A stretch of 32,000 nucleotides of DNA from Vibrio alginolyticus NBRC 15630 = ATCC 17749 (GCF_000354175.2 NC_022359.1:570001-602000); one strand, 5' to 3'. Positions 18,603 through 27,541 are shown, numbered from the stretch's first letter. The notes: generated by a model not told the origin, from the sequence alone. Translations and numbers: made by a program.

Positions 18603-19613
18603 ATGAAAATGAATAAGCTGGTAAAAGCTTTGGCTGTCGCTGTGACTTCTTTTGGTATTGCTGCTAACGCTGCGGCAGAAGATCGTAGCTATATTCTTGC
18701 AACGGCATCGACAGGTGGTACTTACTACCCTGTGGGCGTAGCGTTGGCGACGTTAAGCAAAGTGAAGTTGGCACCAAAGCACCACTTCTCCCTTTCTGCA
18801 ATCAGCTCTGCGGGCTCTGGTGAAAACGTTAAACTGCTGAATGAAAACGAAGCACAGTTCGCGATTCTACAAGGTCTTTACGGTGCGTGGGCTTGGTCTG
18901 GTGAAGGTCCTTATGAGAAGAGCGGTCGCCAAGAACAACTGCGCTCAGTCTCTATGCTTTGGCAAAACGTTGAGCACTTTATTGTTCGCTCTGACCTAGC
19001 AAAAACGGGCACAGTGACTGATCTGAACAACCTAGATGGCAAGAAGTTCTCTATCGGTAAGAAGAACTCAGGTACTGAGAACTCTGGTCGCCAAATCATG
19101 AAAGGTCTGAAGGTCGACCCTGATAAATTCAATCTTGCTTACATGGGTTACGGCGGCAGTGCGAGCGCACTTCAAAACGGCACCATTGACGGCATGAACA
19201 CGCCTGCGGGTGTACCTGTTGGTGCGGTCACTCAAGCTTTTGCTGCGTTGGGTAAAGACATTTCGATTCTTTCGTTTACTGACGAACAAATCAAAGAGGC
19301 GAACGGCAATTACAACCTATGGACGAAGTACGAGATCCCAGCGAACACGTACCCGGGTCTAGATAAGCCGATCACCACCATTGCACAGCCTAACTTCTTG
19401 GCAGTTCGTGAAGATATCTCGGAAGAAGACGTTTACCAACTAACCAAAGCGATCTACGAGAATCTGCCTTTCCTACAAGGTATCCACAAAGCAACAAAAG
19501 CAATGGCGATTGAGAAAGCGATCGCTGGCTTGCCAGTGCCTCTTCACCCAGGCGCGGCGCGTTACTACAAAGAAATGGGCATCGAAATCCCATCAGACCT
19601 AATGGCGAAATAA
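18603..19613 (+). CDS. TRAP transporter solute receptor, TAXI family
   Basis: 336 aa with a signal peptide (…FGIAANAAAED). TAXI hallmarks include ATASTGGTYYPVG and the C-terminal PLHPGAARYYKE. Confidence 0.9.
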   Translation: MKMNKLVKALAVAVTSFGIAANAAAEDRSYILATASTGGTYYPVGVALATLSKVKLAPKHHFSLSAISSAGSGENVKLLNENEAQFAILQGLYGAWAWSGEGPYEKSGRQEQLRSVSMLWQNVEHFIVRSDLAKTGTVTDLNNLDGKKFSIGKKNSGTENSGRQIMKGLKVDPDKFNLAYMGYGGSASALQNGTIDGMNTPAGVPVGAVTQAFAALGKDISILSFTDEQIKEANGNYNLWTKYEIPANTYPGLDKPITTIAQPNFLAVREDISEEDVYQLTKAIYENLPFLQGIHKATKAMAIEKAIAGLPVPLHPGAARYYKEMGIEIPSDLMAK

Positions 19614-19623
19614 CGCTAACTTG

Positions 19624-19651
19624 GCCCCGAGTTTCGGCTCGGGGCATTTTA
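19624..19651 (+). terminator. Intercistronic hairpin or partial terminator after the receptor gene
   Basis: GCCCCGAG-TTTCGG-CTCGGGGC followed by ATTTTA, sitting between the receptor and permease genes. Confidence 0.55.
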
Positions 19652-19701
19652 TCCCTACCGATTTCTAAGATGGAAAAAGCCGCCAGAGCTTGGAGTATGA
19701 G

Positions 19702-21825
19702 ATGAGCGACTCAATAGAAAAGGAATTGCAGAAGTTTGAGTTGCCCACGCGCACTGATTTTCCGTGGGTAACCACCACAATCACAGTGTTTGGCGTGGTG
19801 TTGTCTGCTTTGCACATTTGGTTTAATACCTTATCGACGTTACCAGAGTTATGGATTTCCGCGACCCACTTTGCTGGCTTTGCGGTGATTTGTGCGCTTT
19901 GGTATCCGGCTCATATCTCTCTCAAGCAGAGTAAGATTGCACTCGGTATCGATGTGTTAATTGCCATGGGCGCGGTCGCGTGTTTGCTCTACATTCCCTA
20001 TGCCGAAGATGCACTCTACGAACGTGGTGTGAAGTTCGTGACCAGCGATTGGGTCTTCGCCATCATGGCAATCCTGATTGTGATTGAGCTTATCCGACGC
20101 ACCATGGGTTGGTTTATTCCAGTGCTGATTGTGGTGTGTTTAAGCTACGTTGTGCTTTGGGGGCAGTGGGCGACAGGCATTTTCCACTTCCCGGGTTTGA
20201 GCATGGAAACCTTGCTCTACCGCAGCTTCTATTCTTCTGAGGGCATGTTTGGTTCTATCTCGCGCATCAGTTGGACTTTTGTATTTATGTTCATTCTGTT
20301 TGGTGCGTTTCTTGTTCGCTCTGGTGTCGGTGATTATATAATCAATGTGGCACGTGCTGCGGCTGGCAAAATCATCGGTGGTCCCGGTTTTATTGCGGTG
20401 ATTGGCTCCGGTTTGATGGGCTCAGTATCGGGCTCTAGTGTGGCAAATACGGTTTCCACCGGTGTTATCAGTATTCCTTTAATGCAAAAAGCAGGTTTCC
20501 CTTCGCGCTTTGCGGCGGGTGTTGAGGCTGCAGCGTCGACAGGTGGTCAGTTGATGCCACCAGTAATGGGCGCGGGTGCTTTCATCATGGCGTCTTACAC
20601 ACAAATTCCGTATGTTGATATCATCGCGGTGTCTTTTATTCCTGCTCTTATTTATTTCTTATCTGTTGCGTTCTTTGTGCGTATCGAAGCCAAACGCAGC
20701 GGCGTTCAAAAAATCACGACCAGCGATGAATCTCTAATGAAAGTGCTGATCAGCGGTTGGCACAACCTTATCCCACTGGCGGTGTTGGTTACTTTGTTGG
20801 TTCAAGGCTTTACGCCAACTTACGCTGCGGGCTTGTCGATCATTTCAGTAGTGGTGGCTTCTTGGTTCTCGAAAGATCACAAGATGGGACCAAAAGCGAT
20901 CATCGAAGCACTTTCGCAAGGCGCGAAAAACATGGCGACAACAGCCGTATTGCTGGTGGGTATCGGTTTGGTGATCAACGTGATCAGCACAACGGGTATC
21001 GGCAATACGTTCTCACTGATGATCGACGGTTGGGCGAATGGCGACTTGTTCGTCATGATCGTTCTGATTGCGCTCGCTTCTCTTGTTTTGGGTATGGGCT
21101 TGCCTGTGACAGCGGCGTATATTGTGTTGGGCACACTGTCTGCCCCTGCGCTTTACAAGTTGATTGCGGAAAACCAATTGCTTGAATTGATGGTGTCGGG
21201 TCAATTGCCAGAACAAGCAAAAGCCATCTTCATGTTGGCGGCGCCAGAAAAGCTGGAACTGCTTAATGCTCCAATGGCGTTGGAAACCGCGAAAGAAATG
21301 GTGGCGCTAGTACCTGCGGACTTTATGGAAACTCTACTAGAGCAAAGTTTGGGTATAGAAGCAGTAGGCTTGGCGTTGCTGGCTGCTCACCTCATCATCT
21401 TCTGGTTATCGCAAGACAGCAACGTAACGCCTCCAGTGTGTTTGACCGCCTTTGCTGCGGCAACCATCGCTAAAACACCGCCAATGCGTACCGGTTTGAT
21501 GGCATGGAAAATCGCTAAAGGTTTGTATCTTGTACCGCTGCTGATTGCTTACACAGGCTTAGTAAGTTGGGATGTAACGTCGGTAATTACCGTGGGCTTC
21601 TTCGCCATCATCGGAACCTATGCATTGATTGGTGCGATTGAAGGCTACTTGGAAGGTCCTCTAAACATTCTGACTCGTCTCTTGTTGGTAGTGGTGGGTA
21701 CATTGCTGGTTTGGCACGACATCCCAATGTTGGTTCGTGTGGCAAGCTGCGCGGTATTTGTCGCGGTGTTCATTTACAGTGGTCGCAAGTTCAAATTGCA
21801 ACAATCTCAACTCTCGGTTTTATAA
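19702..21825 (+). CDS. TRAP transporter fused permease (TAXI-associated 4TM/12TM fusion)
   Basis: Polytopic protein of about 707 aa. I prefer ATG 19702 (GGAG 6 nt upstream) over the track TTG at 19690. Confidence 0.88.
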   Translation: MSDSIEKELQKFELPTRTDFPWVTTTITVFGVVLSALHIWFNTLSTLPELWISATHFAGFAVICALWYPAHISLKQSKIALGIDVLIAMGAVACLLYIPYAEDALYERGVKFVTSDWVFAIMAILIVIELIRRTMGWFIPVLIVVCLSYVVLWGQWATGIFHFPGLSMETLLYRSFYSSEGMFGSISRISWTFVFMFILFGAFLVRSGVGDYIINVARAAAGKIIGGPGFIAVIGSGLMGSVSGSSVANTVSTGVISIPLMQKAGFPSRFAAGVEAAASTGGQLMPPVMGAGAFIMASYTQIPYVDIIAVSFIPALIYFLSVAFFVRIEAKRSGVQKITTSDESLMKVLISGWHNLIPLAVLVTLLVQGFTPTYAAGLSIISVVVASWFSKDHKMGPKAIIEALSQGAKNMATTAVLLVGIGLVINVISTTGIGNTFSLMIDGWANGDLFVMIVLIALASLVLGMGLPVTAAYIVLGTLSAPALYKLIAENQLLELMVSGQLPEQAKAIFMLAAPEKLELLNAPMALETAKEMVALVPADFMETLLEQSLGIEAVGLALLAAHLIIFWLSQDSNVTPPVCLTAFAAATIAKTPPMRTGLMAWKIAKGLYLVPLLIAYTGLVSWDVTSVITVGFFAIIGTYALIGAIEGYLEGPLNILTRLLLVVVGTLLVWHDIPMLVRVASCAVFVAVFIYSGRKFKLQQSQLSVL

Positions 21826-21833
21826 GAGGTCGT

Positions 21834-23060
21834 ATGAAATCAGTCTATGACTACATTATTGTCGGTGGCGGTATCGTTGGTGTGTCGACGGCATGGCAAC
21901 TGCAGCAACGTCACCCAGACAAATCCATTTTATTGGTTGAGAAAGAGTCCGGTTTTGCGAAGCACCAAACCGGACACAATAGCGGCGTGATTCATGCTGG
22001 GGTGTACTACGCACCGGGCAGCCTAAAAGCCGATTTTTGTAAGCGTGGGGTAGAGCGAACCATTTCGTTCTGTGCTGAGCACGATATTCCGGTGGAGAAC
22101 TGTGGCAAGTTGTTGGTTGCGACAAACGAGCAAGAAGTCGAACGCATGAATGCGCTTTATGAGCGCTGCCATGTCAACGGCATTGACGTAAAGCTACTCG
22201 ATGAAGTTCAGCTTAAACTCGCTGAACCAAACATCACAGGCTTGGGCGCGATTTATGTCAAAACCACCAGTATTGTCGATTATCGTTTGGTCACTGAGCA
22301 GATGGCGGAAGAATTCAAAAAACTCGGCGGTCAAATCAGCTTGAGAACCAAAGTGGTGGCTGCCGAAGAGAAGGACGAGGAAGTCCAACTGACCTGCATT
22401 TCAGACGGTCAAACGATGCAGCTTAATACTAAGTTCTTGGTTACTTGCAGCGGCTTGATGGCGGATCGCATGACTAAGATGATGGGTATTCCAACTGACT
22501 TTCAGATCATCCCTTATCGTGGTGAATACTACCGCTTAGATAGCAAACACGACCAAGTGGTGAATCATCTTATTTATCCAATTCCCGACCCTGACTTGCC
22601 ATTCTTGGGCGTCCATCTGACTCGCATGATTGATGGCAGTGTGACCGTAGGTCCAAATGCGGTGCAAGGCTGGAAGCGAGAAGGGTACGACAAGGTTAAC
22701 TTCAGCTTGCAAGATACCATGCAAATGCTCAGTTTCTCCGGTTTCTGGAAGGTGACACAAAAGCATCTAAAAACCGGATTGGATGAGTTTAAGAACTCGT
22801 GGTGGAAGCCGGGCTATCTCAAGCTGGTCAATAAATACTGCCCAAGCATCAAGGTAGACGATCTCAAACCATATCCAGCGGGTATTCGTGCGCAAGCGGT
22901 GTTATCCGACGGAACCTTGGTTCATGACTTCTTGTTTGCCGAAAGCGCAAGAAGCCTGCACGTTTGTAACGCACCCTCTCCCGCAGCGACATCTGCAATG
23001 CCGATTGGGGAGTACATTTGCGATAAAGTGAATGAAAAGATAGAGGCGAAAACGGTATAA
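21834..23060 (+). CDS. lhgO: L-2-hydroxyglutarate oxidase/dehydrogenase (LhgO/YgaF-like FAD enzyme)
   Basis: From MKSVYDYIIVGGGIVGVSTA onward it is collinear with E. coli LhgO (HQTGHNSGVIHAGVYY, NHLIYPIPDP..PFLGVHLTRMIDGSVTVGPNAV, CNAPSPAATSA). The start at 21834 has AAGAGG upstream and lies 8 nt after the permease stop. The track extension overlaps the permease. Confidence 0.9.
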   Translation: MKSVYDYIIVGGGIVGVSTAWQLQQRHPDKSILLVEKESGFAKHQTGHNSGVIHAGVYYAPGSLKADFCKRGVERTISFCAEHDIPVENCGKLLVATNEQEVERMNALYERCHVNGIDVKLLDEVQLKLAEPNITGLGAIYVKTTSIVDYRLVTEQMAEEFKKLGGQISLRTKVVAAEEKDEEVQLTCISDGQTMQLNTKFLVTCSGLMADRMTKMMGIPTDFQIIPYRGEYYRLDSKHDQVVNHLIYPIPDPDLPFLGVHLTRMIDGSVTVGPNAVQGWKREGYDKVNFSLQDTMQMLSFSGFWKVTQKHLKTGLDEFKNSWWKPGYLKLVNKYCPSIKVDDLKPYPAGIRAQAVLSDGTLVHDFLFAESARSLHVCNAPSPAATSAMPIGEYICDKVNEKIEAKTV

Positions 23061-23063
23061 AAC

Positions 23064-23087
23064 AAAGGCGACGTAACTGTCGCCTTT
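23064..23087. terminator. Bidirectional terminator between lhgO and the convergent gene
   Basis: AAAGGCGAC-GTAACT-GTCGCCTTT with T-rich tracts in both orientations. Confidence 0.7.
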
Positions 23088-23107
23088 ATTGTATTTGAAT
23101 CTGGGAA

Positions 23108-23512
23108 TTAGGAGTTGCCATCTTTAGGGCAGAGTTCACCTTTCTTGGCGTGTCTTTCTATCATGTAATCGCCTCGGGCACTGTGCAATACAATTGCATT
23201 CCAGACTTGACCATCTTGCAACTCGAACTCAAACGCATAATGGGTGCCGCCGACCATTTTCGTTCTCACCTCATGAATTGCTTTCAATTTATCATCGGCA
23301 TTCATTTGATAAAGCACCATGTTGAGTGAGCGTCTGGCGTCAGGAGTTGCTTCAGCAAGTTGCCAATGGCCCTGCTCGTCTGTTGCGGAGCAAATAGACC
23401 GCATTTTACTTTTCATGGCGGATGACATCTGCTTGTCTACGGCCAATGCATTTGGTGAAAACAGTGGAACCGTCAAAGGAATCAAAGTTACCAGAAACCG
23501 CTTTAAGGTCAT
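23108..23512 (-). CDS. Secreted small protein with a cystatin-like sequence pattern
   Basis: 134 aa with a signal peptide (…FSPNALAVD). The core KLKAIHEVRTKMVGGTHYAFEFELQDGQVWNAIVL resembles the cystatin helix, QxVxG loop and beta-hairpin. The fold call is by eye only. Confidence 0.6.
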   Translation of the reverse strand: MTLKRFLVTLIPLTVPLFSPNALAVDKQMSSAMKSKMRSICSATDEQGHWQLAEATPDARRSLNMVLYQMNADDKLKAIHEVRTKMVGGTHYAFEFELQDGQVWNAIVLHSARGDYMIERHAKKGELCPKDGNS

Positions 23513-23588
23513 AAAAACACTCCGTTGTTTTACTCTTGCTTGAGTATAGACCTCAATGGCTTCAGATGTGGTGCAGTAGACTCTGGGC

Positions 23589-23687
23589 CTACAATATCGC
23601 AGTTCGTATCAACGAACTGATGATAAACAAGGCGACCACGCTTGCCAGCCAAATGCCAATGAACCACAAAGTGGGTTTTAGTTTCAT
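23589..23687 (-). CDS. 32-aa single-TM peptide coupled to cydB/cioB (DUF2474/CydX-like accessory subunit candidate)
   Basis: MKLKPTLWFIGIWLASVVALFIISSLIRTAIL. Its ATG overlaps the cydB TGA (TGATG). It sits where small accessory subunits of bd/CIO oxidases are encoded. Confidence 0.6.
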   Translation of the reverse strand: MKLKPTLWFIGIWLASVVALFIISSLIRTAIL

Positions 23688-24685
23688 CAGTGATATCCTT
23701 CTCCACGTTTCATCTTGCCGCGGAAAACCCAGTACGAATAAGCCGTGTAGGCTATGATCAGAGGAAGTAATACCACCGCACCGGCAAGTAAAAATGCCAA
23801 ACTCTTATCTGGCGCAGCGACGTCTTGATAAGTGAGTGCGAATGGGACCAAGTAAGGGAATGTACTGACACCGAAACCCATCGCGGACACAAGAAACAGG
23901 CCGATCGCAAGAACGTAGGCTCGGACGGCTTTGTGGTCGAGTAAGGCTTTGAATAGCTGCCAAATAAGTGCCGCTGCAATAATTGGTAAAATGAAAAACA
24001 GTAGCGAGTTTGGTAATGAGAACCAACGTTCAAATACGATATTTTGGCTCAATGGCAGCCACAAACTGGCGATGAATATACAGGCTACCATCGCTAGTCC
24101 CCATCGTCGCGCGACCACGTAATAGCGCCCCATCAGCTCTTCTGGAAGCTTGATTAATAACCAGCATGAACCGAGCAGAATATAAGCACAAACAAGCGCC
24201 AGGCCACAAAATACGCTAAATGGTGAAAGCCAATCAAACCATCCACCTGCGTATGCTCGTTCACTAACCTCTATACCTTGGAGCAGGGTTCCGAGCATAA
24301 TGCCTTGCATCAATGCCGCGGTGAGTGAACCAATGAAAAAAGCGCTATCCCATAAAAACTTTCCGCGTTGTGTTCGGAAGCGATACTCAAAAGAAACCCC
24401 GCGCAGAATTAACCCGAGCAGCATTAAAATCAGGGGAGCATAGAGTGCTGGCATAATGACCGCGTAGGCGAGGGGGAACACGGCAAAAAGCCCACCACCG
24501 CCAAGAACTAGCCAAGTTTCATTCCCATCCCAAACAGGAGCGATGCTGTTCATCATCATGTCGCGCTCTTCATCGTCATTAGCGCTGAGGAATAGGATAC
24601 CAATACCGAGATCAAAGCCATCTAACACGACATAAATCAGAACGGCGAGCCCAATCAAAGCGTACCAAATTAATGCGTAATCCAT
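23687..24685 (-). CDS. cydB: Cytochrome bd-type quinol oxidase subunit II (CIO-like)
   Basis: 332 aa with the typical N-terminus MDYALIWYALIGLAVLIYVVLDGFDLGIGIL. It starts 10 nt downstream of subunit I. Confidence 0.9.
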   Translation of the reverse strand: MDYALIWYALIGLAVLIYVVLDGFDLGIGILFLSANDDEERDMMMNSIAPVWDGNETWLVLGGGGLFAVFPLAYAVIMPALYAPLILMLLGLILRGVSFEYRFRTQRGKFLWDSAFFIGSLTAALMQGIMLGTLLQGIEVSERAYAGGWFDWLSPFSVFCGLALVCAYILLGSCWLLIKLPEELMGRYYVVARRWGLAMVACIFIASLWLPLSQNIVFERWFSLPNSLLFFILPIIAAALIWQLFKALLDHKAVRAYVLAIGLFLVSAMGFGVSTFPYLVPFALTYQDVAAPDKSLAFLLAGAVVLLPLIIAYTAYSYWVFRGKMKRGEGYH

Positions 24686-24695
24686 GAGTTAGCTC

Positions 24696-26084
24696 CTAGG
24701 TTAGATGGTTAGAATGTGTGATGGCATCGGTTTTCGTGCCATCAGGAAGTCGGCTATCTAGGCCTTCTTCATATCGAGTTGGAGACTTACGCATCAAACG
24801 TAGGAGATAGAAGAAGCCAGCTCCAAAAACCACAAAGTAAACCACGATGAACGCCGTCAGGGAGACGCTCACCGCGGCGGCATCAATAGGCGATGCCGAA
24901 TTGGCTGTGGTTAAAAGACCGTATACGGTGTAAGGCTGTCGACCGACTTCGGTAGTTATCCAGCCTGCTAAAACTGCAATGAACCCCGCTGGGGCAAACA
25001 GGACACAAATACGTTGAAGTGCCCTTGAATCAAAAAGTTTGCGACGTTTTCTTAGCCAAAGGCTCCACAAACCAATAACAAGCATGCCAAAACCAAGCGC
25101 GACCATTACTCGGAAAGACCAGAAAACGATAGAGACAGGAGGGTGTTCCTCCTCTGGAAAAGCATCTAATCCCTTCACTTCACCGTTGAGGTCATGAGTT
25201 AAGATCAAACTACCGAGTTTGGGGATTTCCAGTGCGTATTCCATGCGTTTTTCTTCATCGTTAGGGATACCGAAGAGGATCAATGGCGCGCCTTGGTGAG
25301 ACTCATAGTGCCCTTCCATCGCGGCGACTTTGGCGGGTTGATGTTCAAGGGTGTTTAAACCATGCATGTCTCCAGCAACGATTTGAATTGGTGTCACGAT
25401 GGCAGCCATCCACATTGCCATCGAGAACATAATTCTGGCAAGAGGGTTATGGTTTGCTTTTAGTAAGTGATAAGCGGCAACGCCGGCTACAACAAAGGCA
25501 GTAGTAAGGTAAGCGGCGAGCAACATATGAACGAGCCGGTAAGGGAAGGAAGGGTTGAAGACAATCGCCCACCAGTCTTCTGGGATAAACTGTCCGGCTT
25601 CGTTGATACTGTAGCCCGCTGGTGTTTGCATCCAACTATTAACCGAAAGTATCCAAAACGCAGACAAAAACGTCCCGAATGCAACAATACAAGTCGCGGC
25701 GAAGTGAAGCTTCTTACCCACCTTATCCATACCGAAAAGCATCACGCCTAAAAACCCCGCTTCGAGGAAAAACGCAGTAAAAACTTCATAACCCATTAGC
25801 GGGCCCAGGATTGGGCCTGTTTTGTCGGCAAACACGCTCCAGTTAGTACCGAATTGATAGCTCAACACGATGCCACTCACCACACCCATACCAAAACTGA
25901 TGGCAAAGATTTTGAGCCAGTACTTATAGATTTGCATGTACTGTTTGTTGCCCGTTTTTAAGTACAAGCCCTCTAATACAGCGAGATAACTTGCCAAACC
26001 AATCGTAAAAGCTGGAAAAATAATGTGGAAAGAGACAGTAAAGGCAAATTGGAATCTAGCTAGGTCAATGGCGAGTGTGTCCAT
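24696..26084 (-). CDS. cydA: Cytochrome bd-type quinol oxidase subunit I, short Q-loop (CIO-like)
   Basis: The conserved N-terminus begins at MDTLAIDLARFQFAFTVSFH (ATG 26084, AAGGGA 6 nt upstream), giving 462 aa. That is shorter than E. coli CydA and consistent with the short-Q-loop/CioA subgroup. Confidence 0.9.
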   Translation of the reverse strand: MDTLAIDLARFQFAFTVSFHIIFPAFTIGLASYLAVLEGLYLKTGNKQYMQIYKYWLKIFAISFGMGVVSGIVLSYQFGTNWSVFADKTGPILGPLMGYEVFTAFFLEAGFLGVMLFGMDKVGKKLHFAATCIVAFGTFLSAFWILSVNSWMQTPAGYSINEAGQFIPEDWWAIVFNPSFPYRLVHMLLAAYLTTAFVVAGVAAYHLLKANHNPLARIMFSMAMWMAAIVTPIQIVAGDMHGLNTLEHQPAKVAAMEGHYESHQGAPLILFGIPNDEEKRMEYALEIPKLGSLILTHDLNGEVKGLDAFPEEEHPPVSIVFWSFRVMVALGFGMLVIGLWSLWLRKRRKLFDSRALQRICVLFAPAGFIAVLAGWITTEVGRQPYTVYGLLTTANSASPIDAAAVSVSLTAFIVVYFVVFGAGFFYLLRLMRKSPTRYEEGLDSRLPDGTKTDAITHSNHLT

Positions 26085-26244
26085 GAGCGGTCCCTTTTTC
26101 GTTGGATAAAACTGTTCGCCGGATTTAAAGAGGAGACAGAAGAGTGGCGAACAAGGTGAAATACGAAGAAGGAAGACGAAGAGATTAAAAAACGATCGCT
26201 TTTTACACATGTGCGTACCATCTTTTAGATAAAGGAGGAGTGTT

Positions 26245-27489
26245 ATGAGCCTTAAACATTACTTTGAGAAAGCGACACCTAAGTTTGGTCCAGGTGGGAA
26301 GTATCACAAGTTCTACCCACTTTTCGAAGCTGTCGAAACCATTTTTTACACGCCTGGTAAGGTAAACCAGGGCATGACTCACGTTCGAGATAGCATCGAT
26401 TTAAAACGTATTATGATCATGGTGTGGTTGGCGGTCTTCCCTGCCATGTTCTGGGGTATGTACAACATAGGCCAGCAAGCGAGTGATGCCTTGTTGTATG
26501 GAATGGAACAAGCCTCAGCTCAGCAAGCGCTTGTTTCTTCATGGCAACTGAGTTGGGTATGGGGTTCGTTAGATGCGGTTTCACAAGCGGGGTGGGAAAG
26601 TAAAATGTGGCTTGGTGCTACTTACTTTCTCCCGGTTTATGCGACGGTGTTTATCGTTGGTGGTTTCTGGGAAGTTCTGTTTGCTATTGTGCGAAAGCAT
26701 GAGGTGAATGAAGGTTTTTTTGTCAGCTCTATACTCTTTGCGCTGATCCTTCCTCCGACAATTCCACTATGGCAAGCGGCTTTAGGTATCACTTTCGGTA
26801 TTGTTGTGGCGAAGGAGATTTTCGGTGGTACTGGACGAAACTTCCTAAATCCAGCTTTAGCAGGGCGAGCGTTCTTATACTTTGCCTATCCTGCCAACAT
26901 GTCCGGTGGTGCTGTGTGGGTCGCGGCTGATGGTTACTCTGGCGCTACTCCACTTAGTCAATGGTATGAAGGCGGGCAAAGTGCTTTGATAAATAATATG
27001 ACAGGACAAACAATTTCATGGGGAGATGCTTTTGTTGGTAATTTACCAGGCTCGATGGGTGAAGTCTCCACGTTGTTGATCGCACTAACAGGCTTGGTTC
27101 TCATCTTTATGAAGATTGCATCGTGGAGAATTGTTGCGGGCGTGTTGGTCGGTTTAATCGGAGCTTCACTACTATTGAATGCGATCGGTTCAGACTCTAA
27201 CCCCATGTTCTCCATGCCGTTCTACTGGCACTTCGTGATTGGTGGGGTTGCGTTTGGTACCTTCTTTATGGCGACAGACCCTGTCTCGGCAGCTTTTACC
27301 AATAACGGGAAATGGGCATACGGACTATTAATCGGTGTGATGACGATTTTTATCCGAGTGCTGAACCCGGCTTATCCAGAAGGCATCATGTTAGCGATTC
27401 TATTTGCTAACTTATTCGCGCCACTTTTCGATTACCTAGTCAAAGAAAGTAATATCAAACGCAGAATGAAAAGGGCGAGACCTTCTTAA
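26245..27489 (+). CDS. nqrB: Stand-alone full-length paralog of Na+-NQR subunit B (NqrB)
   Basis: 414 aa, collinear with V. cholerae NqrB from recall ([64 protein letters not shown]). The covalent-FMN motif DGYSGAT is kept. Strong SD AGGAGG. No nqrA/C/D/E/F genes are adjacent, and a terminator follows. Confidence 0.9.
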   Translation: MSLKHYFEKATPKFGPGGKYHKFYPLFEAVETIFYTPGKVNQGMTHVRDSIDLKRIMIMVWLAVFPAMFWGMYNIGQQASDALLYGMEQASAQQALVSSWQLSWVWGSLDAVSQAGWESKMWLGATYFLPVYATVFIVGGFWEVLFAIVRKHEVNEGFFVSSILFALILPPTIPLWQAALGITFGIVVAKEIFGGTGRNFLNPALAGRAFLYFAYPANMSGGAVWVAADGYSGATPLSQWYEGGQSALINNMTGQTISWGDAFVGNLPGSMGEVSTLLIALTGLVLIFMKIASWRIVAGVLVGLIGASLLLNAIGSDSNPMFSMPFYWHFVIGGVAFGTFFMATDPVSAAFTNNGKWAYGLLIGVMTIFIRVLNPAYPEGIMLAILFANLFAPLFDYLVKESNIKRRMKRARPS

Positions 27490-27541
27490 AATGAGGGTGA
27501 CCTCACTGAAAATTGATTGAAAACTGCACTATATTGAAAAG

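Noticed and set aside
21711-21833. A 41-codon upstream extension of the lhgO ORF that overlaps the TRAP permease 3' end.
   Set aside because: The Rossmann FAD motif (DYIIVGGGIVG) must sit at the extreme N-terminus. ATG 21834 has AAGAGG upstream, and the extension is just the permease read in another frame.
26085-26210. A 42-codon N-terminal extension of the cydA/cioA ORF (MCKKRSFFNLF...).
   Set aside because: The conserved CydA N-terminus starts at MDTLAIDLARFQF, which has its own SD. The extension is low-complexity and would consume the divergent promoter region.
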